NCBI GenBank assembly: GCA_002269645.1
Contig: NIVC01003790.1
Coordinates: 12,599-76,598, forward strand
Source: Macrostomum lignano
Taxonomy: Eukaryota
Reading direction: 5' to 3'
DNA: 64,000 nt
Shown here: piece after piece, positions 33,872-46,794 of the stretch
How positions within the stretch are numbered: position 1 is the stretch's first letter
Layout of the letters: the number at the start of each line of letters is the position of its first letter
Translations under genes and position numbers: made by a program
Notes under the pieces: generated by a model
Seen by the model: the letters and a program-made list of their open reading frames with translations, nothing else
Database searches by the model: none
Told to the model about the DNA's origin: nothing

Positions 33872-34354
33872 ACTTGATTAACTTCAAGTCTGACATGGTG
33901 ACAATTGAACACCGACTTCTGTAGCCAATTTCCAAGGTCTGCTGCTGCAGTTAACTGAATATTCATTCAAGCAAAGTTAATTGAATTATGCTGGCTCTCA
34001 GCCTTTGACAAAAGTCTAGCTGGCTTGAATTTCCAATCCGAGGGCTGCTTGCTGGTCTATGAGTCGAGAGTTTCTCAGTTAGAAATCTGCGTGTTGACGT
34101 CCATGGCCCTACCTGTTTTTGTTTATCAAATATCTGCTTTTGACCAAGGACCACTAGAAGTTACCGATGTCTCATCAGGACATTTAACGAGGTTTTGCCT
34201 TTAAAACAGACTTCATAGTCGTCTGTTGGAAATAAACTGATCCATTTAGTTATAAGCTGTTCCTGAGTGTCCCTGATAACAACGGTAACTCCTAGTGGTC
34301 CTTGCTTTTAGCTTTGGAGGCCAACAGGCCTGATCAAATCCTGCTGCCACGCCG

Positions 34355-35742
34355 TCAGGCCCAGCTGGCGAGGTCGCTGCTGATTCTCTTCCGCCAGGCC
34401 GCCATCTCGGCTCCGCTGTCGTAGGGCAGATCAACCGTGGCGTCGAAGTGCGGCAGCAGGACGCAGTGTTTGCGCAACGGGTTACTATAGAAACCAACGC
34501 AGCCGAGGCGCCATTTGCAGGCGAGAGCGCAGGCCGCCTCGGTGATCTCGCCGTAGGCGCTGACGTCGATCGTCTCGCTGCAGCCCGGCCCGGTCTGCGA
34601 GTAGCCTACAATGTCCGCCTGCTCGAATTCGGCATTGTGCAGCGGCACGCAGCCTGGACCTCCGGCGCCGCCGATGCAGCTGCCAGCCGGGTGCTCGCAG
34701 TGGTAGCGCGCGTCCTCCCAGCAGTTGACATCGTGCAACCGGTTGGACTCGTTTATGTGCAGCACGCAGTTCTGCGTGTCTCCCTGATTGCCGGGCTCTC
34801 CGGAGGCCCACCAAGCGGAGCTGGTCAGGTTCATCTCCCGCAAACCCGGCATCACCTGCGAACATCGGGTTTAGAAAAGAAAACTTTCACTTATATACGA
34901 GCTATCAGGATCTTGGAGCCATCATCTCTCAGCAAGGTTAAACAGTTACTTGTTGAACGGAGGCTTCGGGCTTACCAAGTGAAGCCTCTTTGTTGGCTTT
35001 GCGACCAAAGTTCACTTGCAAATGATGCAGCAATGATACATACATGTACAACATGCAGTAATATGTACAACATACATGGCAATGCATACAACATAAAACT
35101 GATAACTATAAACTGATTACACCTGCCCTAGTGGCCAGATGTGCAACTGACAGCTCAGCCGCACCTATTCCGCGGCGCATCTGAAGGCTGCGTACGGCTG
35201 TTCAGTCCAAGGACTGGGGGGTCGCCACACACACCCTCAATTACCCCAGCTAATTCTGGCACCCATTTTACAGCTGGGTGAGCTAAAGCAATGCAGAGTT
35301 GTCTTGCTCAAGGACACAGATTGTTCCAGTGGGGTCGGTAATCGAACCCCCGACTCCTATTTTTAGATAAATACAACATACACGGCAATGCAACAAACAA
35401 TCCGCGCATCACCTGCCAACCATCGCGACTTCGATTCCGTTCGCGCAGCGCGTCGGTGACGCCCAGGAGAATCCAGCCGCTGGTGAACTGGGGCAGCGGC
35501 CTGGCTCGGGCGTAGGTGTTCGGCGTGAGCAGCCGGTGGCCCAGACGGGCGCAGACGTCCAGAGCGTCGCAGAATTTCAATGTACCGTTGGACACCGGGC
35601 TGAGGCAGGTCGGGGGACCGGCGCTGTCGTTCAGTAAGGAGTAACCGGGACTACAGGCGGCATTAGCCGCCGTCTGCTGCGGGAGACACAACAGCAGAAG
35701 CAGCAGACACGGGGCCGCGATGGCAGACACTTTGCACAGCAT
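34355..35742 (-). CDS. Secreted C-type lectin domain + PAN/apple-like domain protein, 276 aa; exons 35742-35413 and 34855-34355
   Basis: Signal peptide (CLLLLLLCLPQQTAA), FCDALDVC, WASGEPG..NCV..LHDVNC..YHCE, then CALACKWRLGCVGFYSNPLRKHCVL. Phase-0 GT-AG intron. Confidence 0.85.
35118..35365 (-). mobile_element. CORE-like SINE (family B) in the lectin intron
   Basis: Reverse complement of 59990-60240; B box ggttcgatt; flanked by near-repeat gcattgcc(g/a)tgtatgttgta. Confidence 0.85.
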
Positions 35743-36444
35743 TTTCTCGCCGGCAGTATAAGCTTGTCTCGGTATTGGCAAAGCAAACCCTCAAACATTG
35801 AAGAGTAATGATGAATTGTCTCGGAAAGGCATTTATAAAGAAAGGATGGAGTAAAAATTCTCAGCCAAAGAAGCGTTTTCTCTGCGTCCCCCCCCCCAGC
35901 CTCTTTTTGTTGGCTGTTTCTCAGAAATTGCAGCTGCTCTCTCCCCCTCCATAGCCGCCCCTAAGGGATTTTAGTGAAGCAATTGCGGTTGCTTAGCAAC
36001 ATTGCTTTAGCTCTGCCTCCGTTAGCATTAATTAGTCAGGCAAACTGAACCAACCGTATAGGGACTGATCATGAGAAGGATTTGGGCTTGGTAAAATTAA
36101 AAATAGGAAGGCAGTAGACTACAGGCAAAGGCAATCATGCAATCAAAGAAATTTCAATGCATGTAGATTTAAGACTTTATATAGTTGTTTTCCCATTTCG
36201 GAAATTTCATTAAATGAGTTTCTAAGTTCGAGGCTCTTGGTGGAGGACGCTTGCAGTTTGGCTTTACACGATGTGGTAACCATTACCGTACTTTCTGATT
36301 ATCATCTTCGTGTATTTTATGAGGTCATTCAACTTGGTTCTCAGTTTCATGCTACCGGCAGTGATACTCCGAGTGCAGCTGCAGTGTCATCCAGTGAGGT
36401 ATGCTGTTGACGTTCCTGTTTAGTTTTTAACGTTCTTCCTGCCG

Positions 36445-36745
36445 AAGCGATACGACCCCTGGTTCGATTCCCTTACGCTGCCACAGTAATTTGTGGCAAT
36501 TGTGCACGAAAATTGGCCATGGGAAGCTTGTCGTACGATTCATACTCACGAGGGCCACGTCCCAAGGCACAGAGAGTGCACATGCTTGACATTTAGACAG
36601 TCAGGGCCGCTGTACACCCTGTGTGAGCGTGTGTGTGAGTGCGTGCTCAGGAGTCAGCGGAATGAGCAGAATTCCCTCAGCGCTGGTTATGGGACATTGT
36701 CGCCGAAGGCGTTCATCTATTGAGACAATATTATTATTGATTTTA
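36445..36745 (+). mobile_element. tRNA-derived SINE (family A)
   Basis: cctggttcgattccc B box; body gggccgctgtacaccctgtgtgagcgtgtgtgtgag shared with 11126-11495 and 58420-58720. Confidence 0.75.
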
Positions 36746-39700
36746 TCTGCAACAACGATATGGCTTTCTGCTGCGGCGATGCGTGGATGGATACAAATTA
36801 TAGGACAGCTGCGGCTTCTGCAAACTTTTTCTACGCCTACGATCTCGCCCTGCTGTCCACGACCGCTAAAAGGGCGCCTAGACAGCTGAGCAGCCTGTTT
36901 GCACCGTTGCGCCTGGATATTTTTTGTATTCCATTCGCGCATTGCCAGCAGGGCACGCACGCACCGTGTGTTGCAGAAACGTGACCGAATCACTAACTCT
37001 GTCTATTCAGCTGGGCAAACGAAACCAGCTATATATGCAAGCTATATACTATATACATATATCTGCATGTATTGTGCAAACCTTGTGGAAATAAATAATC
37101 CATTTTTTCTCGTTTAACAATTTCTAAGGCATATCATAGTTGAAACTACATTATAACATTATCGATATTGTGTTAGTATGTGATTATCGAGCGGGGAAAA
37201 TAAATACTGCATAATATTATACATGTACATATACTCTTAGCTCGGTTACGTCATATCATTGCGGCAGGTGTTGCATCTACTATACCCACATGCAGTTTAC
37301 GGTAAAATGCAGTTGTGTATTTTTTCATCTTAATTGAATCTTTATTTGCATGCATGCATACAATATACCTTTCATGGGTATTGTAATTTTTGGGTAAAAA
37401 AAATTTTGGTAAGTCAATAAAACGGGGCAGGACAATTATACATGTGGACAAGGCCGTTTATTAACTGAACTCAATTTTGAGCTTTTAAGATTCTGCTTCT
37501 TCCTCTTCTTGTTTCTTTCTTTAAGGTCCACATATAATAGCATCGTGCGATTGTGTATATGCAAAGACTGTATGCAAATACTACTGAAATACTGTATACG
37601 GCTAGGGGCAGGAGACAAACAATTTATGCGAAATTTATTGAATGCGAATTTTATAAATTATTTACAAATGTCATTGTTTCATTCTGAGCTTAATTTTTAC
37701 TAGAAAATTCCTCCTTCAAATCCTGAAGTTGGACTTTCAAAAAAACTGTTTAAGGTACGCATTAAAATTTAATGATTAAACTGACGTCCCTGGAAACAGG
37801 CAAAGGGTAATAATTATCAGAATTGATAAGAACATTAGTATTAATATGAAATAAATGTAATAATCAAGGACAACTAAAGTAACGTATATTAAGTAGTCCT
37901 TGGTAATAATAATAATATTATTATTTATAAATGTAAGTTAGCGAACATAATGTTATTTGTTAATTACTTTTGTTTTTTATACTCCTTCAAGCATTTTCTC
38001 ACGGATTCGTTGAACATTAACGTACACATTATAACAAAGAGCAGCAAATCAATCTTTGACCGTGCAGTTTATTTACAAAGCATACTACAGAAAAATGTAG
38101 AAGCATGTTATATTTTAGTTTAGTAAATCAATTTGTGCTAAAATTACATTCATTTATTTCTAACCAAGCTACACTTTTGATACGGTTTCCGATTTACATT
38201 TTATGATGTTAGAACATTAAATTGAGTGCCTGCGCAATACAGGGCTAAATTTATAATAGGGATAGACGGACCATGTGGGGTCGCTGGTGGAGGGCAGGTA
38301 TCTCAATTTAGATTGCCAAATACAGTGTTTGATCAATATGGGAGAAATTTATGCTAAAGCTTACTTATTCCTGGTGAAAGAACTCCATTTTTATTAATAT
38401 TCGTACTTCATTCTGCAATCAGAAAACTAAAACTTAAATCAGTCAATTTGCAACAAAATCTTATTAATTTCATAAAATACCATGGTTTAGAATCAAATAA
38501 GACGGAGAAGAGTTGTACAATAACCCAAAAGGCTTATGTTTATTGTAAACTTTATTCCGAACTCGTCTGTACACTACAACTTTTGTACGTGCATCTGACT
38601 TTATCGCTTATAAAACTTAAATACAAAAAAGGTTTAAGCTTAGTTTTACAGTAGTTGAAACTAGTGTTTTACTTTTCGCTATATTTATAGATTGTATTCA
38701 CTGAAAATAAAATGCATTTTAACCAAAAATTTTGGAGTACAAAGTAGGTACTACAAAGTAGTAATTAGTTTTAGAAAGCATAAATAGTTCACTCTAACTT
38801 ATGAATTAAAAAATGTGATTATTATGTAGTAACATGCATATTTAGGTGTTTGAAAATTTAATATTTTATTTCTACAGTATGGTATAAAGTATTTCACATT
38901 ATCATTACATCGTTTGATAACACTTTGTAGGCCTAGCTCAGCTAAGTGGAATATAATTTGCATCCGATATAGCCTAGCAGAATTTATGACCAGACCCAGC
39001 AGTTTACGTACACATTATCTAAATAAGACCTAGCTTCTCCTTTGGATAAGTTGGGTTGGAATTGTTAATAAAATATATTGTTTACATAATCTAGAAGTTA
39101 ATTGTCTAGAAGTACAAAGTATATTGTCTAGAATTAAAAAGCTATCACTTTCAGACATTTTTACTATGATTATTAATTTCCCTGCTTCACAACAAGCTAA
39201 ATGGCTAACCTATACAAGTATAATAATAATGCTTATTGAAAGCAATTTTTAATTCCTGAATGCACTATTTGTTATGTGGGCCATGAAATTTCATAGCACA
39301 GTCTATGAAGAGACTCGCACTTATAAGCAAAAAGAATTTTAGGCTACAAGTACATTTGAATAAATTGTAAGCTAAGAAGCTCCTTAAATCGCTGATAATA
39401 ACTTGAAGTTTGTTTATTAACATGCACAACAATCAGTCAATTAAATTGCAGTTACATTGGATATTAATGAATTTATATATGGTTAGTTTCTAAGCTATCT
39501 GTGGATATTTTCGATGAAACTAACTTAGAATGTTGCTGATTGAGTACGGTACTGACCCTATACTACTATAAGCATTAGCCTACAAATCATTTACAGCCAG
39601 AGAAACTGTGGAGAAATGGCTGAGTGGCTCGCAGCCCGATGGCCAATGGCTGCTAAGCAGTTGAGCATTCGCTCTCGAAAATGCGGCCTCGAGCTTTCTA

Positions 39701-39776
39701 AAGCAAATCCGAAGCCTCTCGCGTCCAAGCTTCTCTGCCATAAAATCAATCGAGTCCAGTTCAACCCTGATCAGCA

Positions 39777-41617
39777 ATGTCTGTCATCATTCCCGACGGC
39801 TTCACCCAGCTACTGCAGGAGTTCACCGTGGCCGTCCTTCGCACCCGGCCTCCAAATTTGATCGAATTCGCTGCGGCGCATTTCAGACGGCTGGAGCAGC
39901 TGCAGCAGCAGCACGGCACCGCGTCAAAGGTGCAGTTCCAGCCGGCCCAGGAGCAGCAGCGGGGGCGCCACTCCGAATCTGACGCCGAAGACGAAGAGGC
40001 CCGAAAAAACGAGGACGACTCGGAAGAGGTGAGCGACGCCGACGCATCCCCACCGCCGCCGCCTCGTTCGGCCGCTCGGGGCGCCGGAGGCCGCCGGGTC
40101 AGCGTAGCGGCGCCCTCCTTCGACCCGGAGCAGCACGAGGCCACCTACGAGCGTCGGGTTGTGCCTAAAAGCGACGAACAACGCCGACGCTTGATGGAGG
40201 CGATGCGGCACATCCTGCTGTTCCGCAGTCTGGAGAGGGCCGATCTTGGTCACGTGATCGATGCCATGGAGGAGCGCCTGGTGTCAGCTGGGACCTGCGT
40301 GATCGAGCAGGACCAGGAGGGCGACAATTTCTACGTTGTCGAAAAAGGCATCTTCGAGGCGTTCGTACGCGACAGAGCAACCGGCACCAGCCGCCACGTG
40401 CTGACCTACAAGAACGAGGGCTCGTTTGGCGAGCTGGCGCTGATGTATTACTGCCCAAGGGCCGCCACCATTGTGGCCAAGACTGACGGCGTGCTGTGGT
40501 CGCTGGACATGGAGACCTTCCAGCAGAAGGTGCTCATGGCGGCTTTCAAGCACCGCAAGAAGTACGAAGCCTTTCTAGCGGCCGTGCCGCTGCTGGACGA
40601 GATGACGCAGTACGAACGGCAAAATGTGGCGGATGCGCTGAGGTACGTCCTGTCAGCTCTGCCCACTTCACACTAATCTACCCCACTTCACACTAATCTA
40701 CCCCACTTCACACTAATCTACCCCACTTCACACTAATCTACCCCACTTCATTCCAATCTACCCCACTTCACTCCAATCTACCCCACTTCACTCCAATCTA
40801 CCCCACTTCACTCCAATCTACCCCACTTCACTCCAATCTACCCCACTTCACTCCAATCTACCCCACTTCACACTAATCTACCCCACTTCACACTAATCTA
40901 CCCCACTTCACACTAATCTACCCCACTTCATTCCAATCTACCCCACTTCACTCCAATCTACCCCACTTCACTGCAATCTACCCCACCTCACTCCAAAATA
41001 CCCTACTTCACTCCAATCTACCCCACTTCACGGCAATCTACCCCACTTCACTCCAATCTACCCCACTTCACTCCAATCTACCCCACTTCACTCCAATCTA
41101 CCCCACTTCACTCCAATCTACCCCACTTCACTCCAATCTACCCCACTTCACTCCAATCTACCCCACTTCACTCCAATCTACCCCACTTCACTCCAATCTA
41201 CCCCACTTCACTCCAATCTACCCCACTTCGCCTCGCAGGGAGCGCGAATTCTCGGATGGCGAGCCCATTATCCTGCAGGGCGACGTCGGCAACGAGATGT
41301 TCTTCATCGAGGACGGCAGTGTGCGGGTGATGCGCCGGCACAACGCCGCCGACAGCGGCCTGGAGACTCAGGTGAACCTGCTCGGCAAGGGTGCCTATTT
41401 CGGCGAGCTGGCGCTCATCACCAAGCGGCCGCGAGTCGCCAGCTGCTACGCCGTGGGCCCCACGCGGGTCTGCGTGCTGCACGTGTCCGACTTCGAGCGC
41501 CTGCTCGGCCCCTGCCTGACGGTCATGCGTCGCAACATTGACGCTTATAAGCGGCAGCTGGCCGAAATTTTTGGCGGCGATGAGGCGAGCGTACCGCTGC
41601 CCAGGGCCGATTGTTGA
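39777..41617 (+). CDS. PRKAR2: cAMP-dependent protein kinase type II regulatory subunit, 414 aa; exons 39777-40642 and 41239-41617
   Basis: D/D domain (IPDGFTQLLQEFTVAVLRTRPPNLIEFAAAHF), inhibitor site RRVS, CNB-A FGELALMYYCPRAAT, CNB-B FGELALITKRPRVAS. Phase-2 intron joins correctly. Confidence 0.95.
40664..41230. repeat. 20-bp minisatellite (ctccaatctaccccacttca) filling the PRKAR2 intron
   Basis: About 28 copies running from just after the donor to the acceptor. Confidence 0.95.
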
Positions 41618-41704
41618 GAAGCGGCAGTTGCTTAGCGACGGAGTTTTTACCTTGGATACGTTGTGTTTAAATTTATAGTATGCTTTAATTTACGTATAAA
41701 TTCT

Positions 41705-42650
41705 GCCTGTTAGATATGACAGTTATCTACCTGTTAGATATGAGTGTGTTTGACAGTCATCTACCTGTTAGATATGAGTGTGTTGACAGTCATCTACCTG
41801 TTAGATATGAGTGTGTTGACAGTCATCTACCTGTTAGATATGAGTGTGTTGACAGTCATCTACCTGTTAGATATAAGTGTGTTTGACAGTCATCTACCTG
41901 TTAGATATGAGTGTGTTGACAGTCATCTACCTGTTAGATATGAGTGTGTTGACAGTCATCTACCTGTTAGATATGAGTGTGTTGACAGTCATCTACCTGT
42001 TAGATATGAGTGTGTTGACAGTCATCTACCTGTTAGATATAAGTGTGTTTGACAGTCATCTACCTGTTAGATATGAGTGTGTTGACAGTCATCTACCTGT
42101 TAGATATGAGTGTGTTGACAGTCATCTACCTGTTAGATATGAGTGTGTTGACAGTCATCTACCTGTTAGATATGAGTGTGTTGACAGTCATCTACCTGTT
42201 AGATATGAGTGTGTTGACAGTCATCTACCTGTTAGATATGAGTGTGTTGACAGTCATCTACCTGTTAGATATGAGTGTGTTTGACAGTCTTAGACCTGTT
42301 AGATATGAGTGTGTTTGACAGCCATGTACTCGTACCTGTTAGATATGACAGTCATCTACCTGTTAGATATGAGTGTGTTTGACAGCCATCTACCTGTTAG
42401 ATATGAGTGTTTGACAGTCTTAGACCTGTTAGATATGAGTGTGTTTGACAGTCATCTACCTGTTAGATATGAGTGTGTTTGACAGCCATGTACCTGTTAG
42501 ATATGAGTGTTTGACAGTCTTAGACCTGTTAGATATGAGTGTGTTTGACAGCCATGTACCTGTTAGATATGAGTGTGTTTGACAGCCATGTACCTGTTAG
42601 ATATGAGTGTTTGACAGTCTTAGACCTGTTAGATATGGGTGTGTTTGAGT
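41705..42650. repeat. 33-34-bp minisatellite (gacagtcatctacctgttagatatgagtgtgtt)
   Basis: About 28 copies just downstream of the PRKAR2 stop codon. Confidence 0.95.
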
Positions 42651-43464
42651 CATCTATAGTACTCGAAAACTGTTTAAATGTTGGACACGATACACTCTGA
42701 TTAAGGAGCCTTTGCAAATCCATTAAATATTTGTTTGAACAATGAAAACACATCAATGTTAAATTATTCACGAGAATTTATGTTGAACCTTCGCCATTTT
42801 AGCTGTTTACATTGTCCAACACCACAAATTTGTCACGAACTGACACATTCAATGAAACTTACCCCATAAAATTGTTAACCCGATTAAAGAAAAGTCGTTT
42901 CATTCTGTTCGCAGTCCTTGTCTAAGCGTATTTATTTATTTTGCTTGTTTTATTAGTGTCCTCTTAGGCATTGTGTTGGGCCTAATCCGTGGCTTACTAA
43001 CCTGGCAGGTCAATCGCTTGGGATTTTTTTTTTTGATAAGCCGAGGGGCGCAGGATTTTAGCGGGGAAGATTATCTATGGAACAGATCTCCTCTCCGCTT
43101 GTCTCCTGCTCAGATGAGCTGCTCAGGTTCGAAGGCAGCAGAAATTGATACTCGATAAAGCGGCGGCTGGACAGCTTGTCTGAGTCAGCTCAAGCTGCAG
43201 TCTCTCTCTGCTCCTAATTACTGCAGCCATCGAATGGCCTCCTCTTCCTTTGTGTTCTCTCTTCTTCTGCCTCTTCCTCTTTCGCAGTGAAGGCGCATGC
43301 TGTTTTTCAAGCTTTCATAGCATAATATCTAGCCATGTGTGTGCCGGCATGACGATCTCTGGGTAATTCTTAGCGATTATTCTTGCTGTTCTGTCTACAA
43401 TACAATAGATCTGTTATCTTGTGTTCAAAGGATTATCAAGTGAATCAGTAAGACTGGGATGATC

Positions 43465-43860
43465 GGGACAGGAGTGACAGGAGTGAGAGACAGGAGTGAC
43501 AGGAGTGACAGGAGTGAGAGACAGGAGTGACAGGAGTGACAGGAGTGAGAGACAGGAGTGACAGGAGTGAGAGACAGGACTGACAGGAGTGAGAGACAGG
43601 AGTGACAGGAGTGAGAGACAGGAGTGACAGGAGTGACAGGAGTGAGAGACAGGACTGACAGGAGTGAGAGACAGGACTGACAGGACTGACAGGAGTGAGA
43701 GACAGGACTGACAGGAGTGAGAGACAGGACTGACAGGAGTGAGAGACAGGAGTGACAGGAGTGACAGGAGTGAGAGACAGGACTGACAGGAGTGAGAGAC
43801 AGGACTGACAGGACTGACAGGAGTGAGAGACAGGAGTGACAGGAGTAACAGGAGTGAGGG
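43465..43860. repeat. Purine-rich 9/20-bp composite repeat (gacaggagt / gacaggagtgaga)
   Basis: Directly visible. Confidence 0.9.
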
Positions 43861-44374
43861 AGAGAGTGAAATGAGTGAAGGACTGAGTGAGATGAGTGTG
43901 GGAGAGTGACATGAGAGATCGAGAAAGTGACAGAGGTGAAGGACAGAGATAGGAAGCAAAAAAGGTGAAGGGCAAAGTTATGAGGCGGATGCACAACGGA
44001 GTTGCTCAGCACTTACTGTAGCAGAAAACAGCAGGGACTGGCAGTCAAACTTCGGACAGGTCACCTCAATCGACCCCACCCGTCCGAAGCATCTGTCTCA
44101 GGGATCCTTGATCCGCCTTCTTTCTATCCATCTGTTCCTCTAGTTTTTGCCGGTCCCAATGTAGATCCTTTTCTTTTCCGTCGCTAATCCAGTAAATCCA
44201 CAGAGATTTCAGCATATGGGTCATTGTATTTTGACTTTACTAGTCAGGAATAAGCCACTTCAGAGTATTTTTTGTTATGAAATTATTAGCAAAGTATGAA
44301 GAAGCTTTACCAAATAATTTGGCAGGGAAAACTAGATTATATTTTAAAACTATTCACTCGATTTCTTAGAAATG

Positions 44375-44530
44375 AGCTGGAGGCGGGCCAAGAGGTCAGA
44401 GCGTCGGACTAACGACTTGCAGGTCGGTGGTTCGATTCTCAACCCACCCGGAACAATTTGTGTCCTTTTGTCAGCCAGAAGCACATGACTCTGCATTGCT
44501 CCAGTTCACCCAGCTGTAAAATGGGTGCCA
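44375..44530 (+). mobile_element. CORE-like SINE (family B), partial
   Basis: ggttcgattctcaacccacccggaacaatttgtgtcc...ctctgcattgctccagttcacccagctgtaaaatgggtgcc. Confidence 0.8.
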
Positions 44531-44794
44531 TCAATAGCTGGGGTAATTGAATCTCACATCGCTATTGCATTTAGTACGCTCTCGGTAAATCGGATTTTTC
44601 TCGATTGGATTTGTCTATGGTAAAACCCCATTCAGCGCTATGCATTCTCGAGAGCACACTAAGTGCACTGGCGATATAACAAATAAATGTTCCTTACCTG
44701 CCTCTAGTGCATTTCTAAGAAAATTGAGTGCCTTCTACTTCAGTTGTGCGTGTAATTCTGTTTGATACATAACCTAAAAAAGTCTAAATCCTTA

Positions 44795-45460
44795 ATCTAA
44801 ATCCTAAGTGACGCTAAGTAAACAGCCGTGACGTTGTCCTGAATCTAAATCCTAAGTGACGCTAAGTAAACAGCCGTGACGTTGTCCTGAATCTAAATCC
44901 TAAGTGACGCTAAGTAAACAGCCGTGATGTTGTCCTGAATCTAAATCCTAAGTGACGCTAAGTAAACAGCCGTGATGTTGTCCTGAATCTAAATCCTAAG
45001 TGACGCTAAGTAAACAGCCGTGACGTTGTCCTGAATCTAAATCCTAAGTGACGCTAAGTAAACAGCCGTGATGTTGTCCTGAATCTAAATCCTAAGTGAC
45101 GCTAAGTAAACAGCCGTGACGTTGTCCTGAATCTAAATCCTAAGTGACGCTAAGTAAACAGCCGTGACGTTGTCCTGAATCTAAATCCTAAGTGACGCTA
45201 AGTAAACAGCCGTGACGTTGTCCTGAATCTAAATCCTAAGTGACGCTAAGTAAACAGCCGTGACGTTGTCCTGAATCTAAATCCTAAGTGACGCTAAGTA
45301 AACAGCCGTGACGTTGTCCTGAATCTAAATCCTAAGTGACGCTAAGTAAACAGCCGTGACGTTGTCCTGAATCTAAATCCTAAGTGACGCTAAGTAAACA
45401 GCCGTGACGTTGTCCTGAATCTAAATCCTAAGTGACGCTAAGTAAACAGCCGTGTCGTTG
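44795..45460. repeat. 48-bp minisatellite (ctaaatcctaagtgacgctaagtaaacagccgtgacgttgtcctgaat)
   Basis: About 14 nearly identical copies. Confidence 0.95.
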
Positions 45461-46014
45461 TTTTTATCAAAAATAAAGTTGAGCCATTGTAAATTAAGAA
45501 CCGATTGACGCAAGCTAGACAATAATTAGGTGAATATCCGGATTAATTCCCAAGTTAGTTTGAATGCAAGCAAAATTCGACAATAAGCCCTGTGTTTCGC
45601 TTCCTCTCTGATCAAAATAGGATTTGAAGGAGAGCGGCCGTGAGCAGGTGCTCTGCAGGCAGCCTTCTCACCATGGCCAGCAGCAGACAATCGCTCCAAT
45701 TAGTGACCCACTCCAGGTCTTCGGGCTTCCGGACACAGGAGTGGGAGGATGGGGGACAGGCGCCTCAGTCTCTATCCAATGTGCCTACCCCGTCCCAATC
45801 TACTCGGCTGGGCGATGGCGGAGGCTGGGAGATCATCATCTGAGCTTAAGGAGATCTTAAACAAGAATTCGGATCGGAGCATGTCTTCTCTCATGTTATT
45901 GCAAGCCCTCATTTTTGAAACACGTGAAAAATTTACAACTTTTTTGTTTGTAAAATTTTGCAAAATTTACAAAAATCTAAAACCAAAAAATCTCGATTAT
46001 TTTGGGAATCGGCT

Positions 46015-46278
46015 TTTTAGCGCTCATTTTAGCGCCACAGTCACTCATTTTTGCGCAGCAGGCACTCACTTTAGCACAGCAGTCACTCATTTTGTCGCCG
46101 CAGTCACTCATTTTAGTACGGCATTCACTCACTTTAGCGCCGCAGTCACTCATTTTAGCGCCGCAGTCACTCATTTCAGCGCAGCAGTCACTGATTTTAG
46201 CGCCGCAGTCACTCATTTTAGCGCCGCAGTCACTCATTTTAGCGCCGCAGTCACTCATTTTAGCGCCGCAGTCACACT
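46015..46278. repeat. 21-bp minisatellite (agcgccgcagtcactcatttt)
   Basis: About 12 copies. Confidence 0.9.
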
Positions 46279-46794
46279 ATAAAGACAAAGACAAAACAGC
46301 TGTCAAAGTTCTGATGATAATTTTTAGTAAGAAAGGATTAGGCTGAAACTCAAATTTCTCTACTGCATTAAAAACAGAGGAGTTGGGAGTAGGTCTGAGT
46401 AGGAGTTGACTCACCAGATTATCGCTCAAGTTCTCCTTGGCTCAGCAGCGCCGCACACACACATTGGGCAGATGAGGTCCTTCTATAATGCTATCGTTTC
46501 GTTTCAAGCTTCATTAGCATCGCACTGTCCAATCCTCCCGAATTCACGCCTCTTTCTCTCGAATGCTTCAGCCCTTCCTCCTCCTCCTCATCGCCGCGGG
46601 TGTCCTGAGAAGCAAGCCAGCGCCAGCCCGAGGTGGCCCGCTGATAGAAGATCAACAAAAACGAATCTTTAGCCTCCCATCTATCCGTCTCCGCAGGGCA
46701 GCGCACTGGCTTGTCAATTAATCTTCAACGGGTTGCCGGATTAACATTGAGCTCGGTGTTGATTGAGACTGCCGGACCGTACACCCGGATCTGT

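Noticed and set aside
36760-36984. GC-rich 74-aa ORF as a small gene
   Set aside because: No recognisable motif or splice context; it overlaps a SINE flank.
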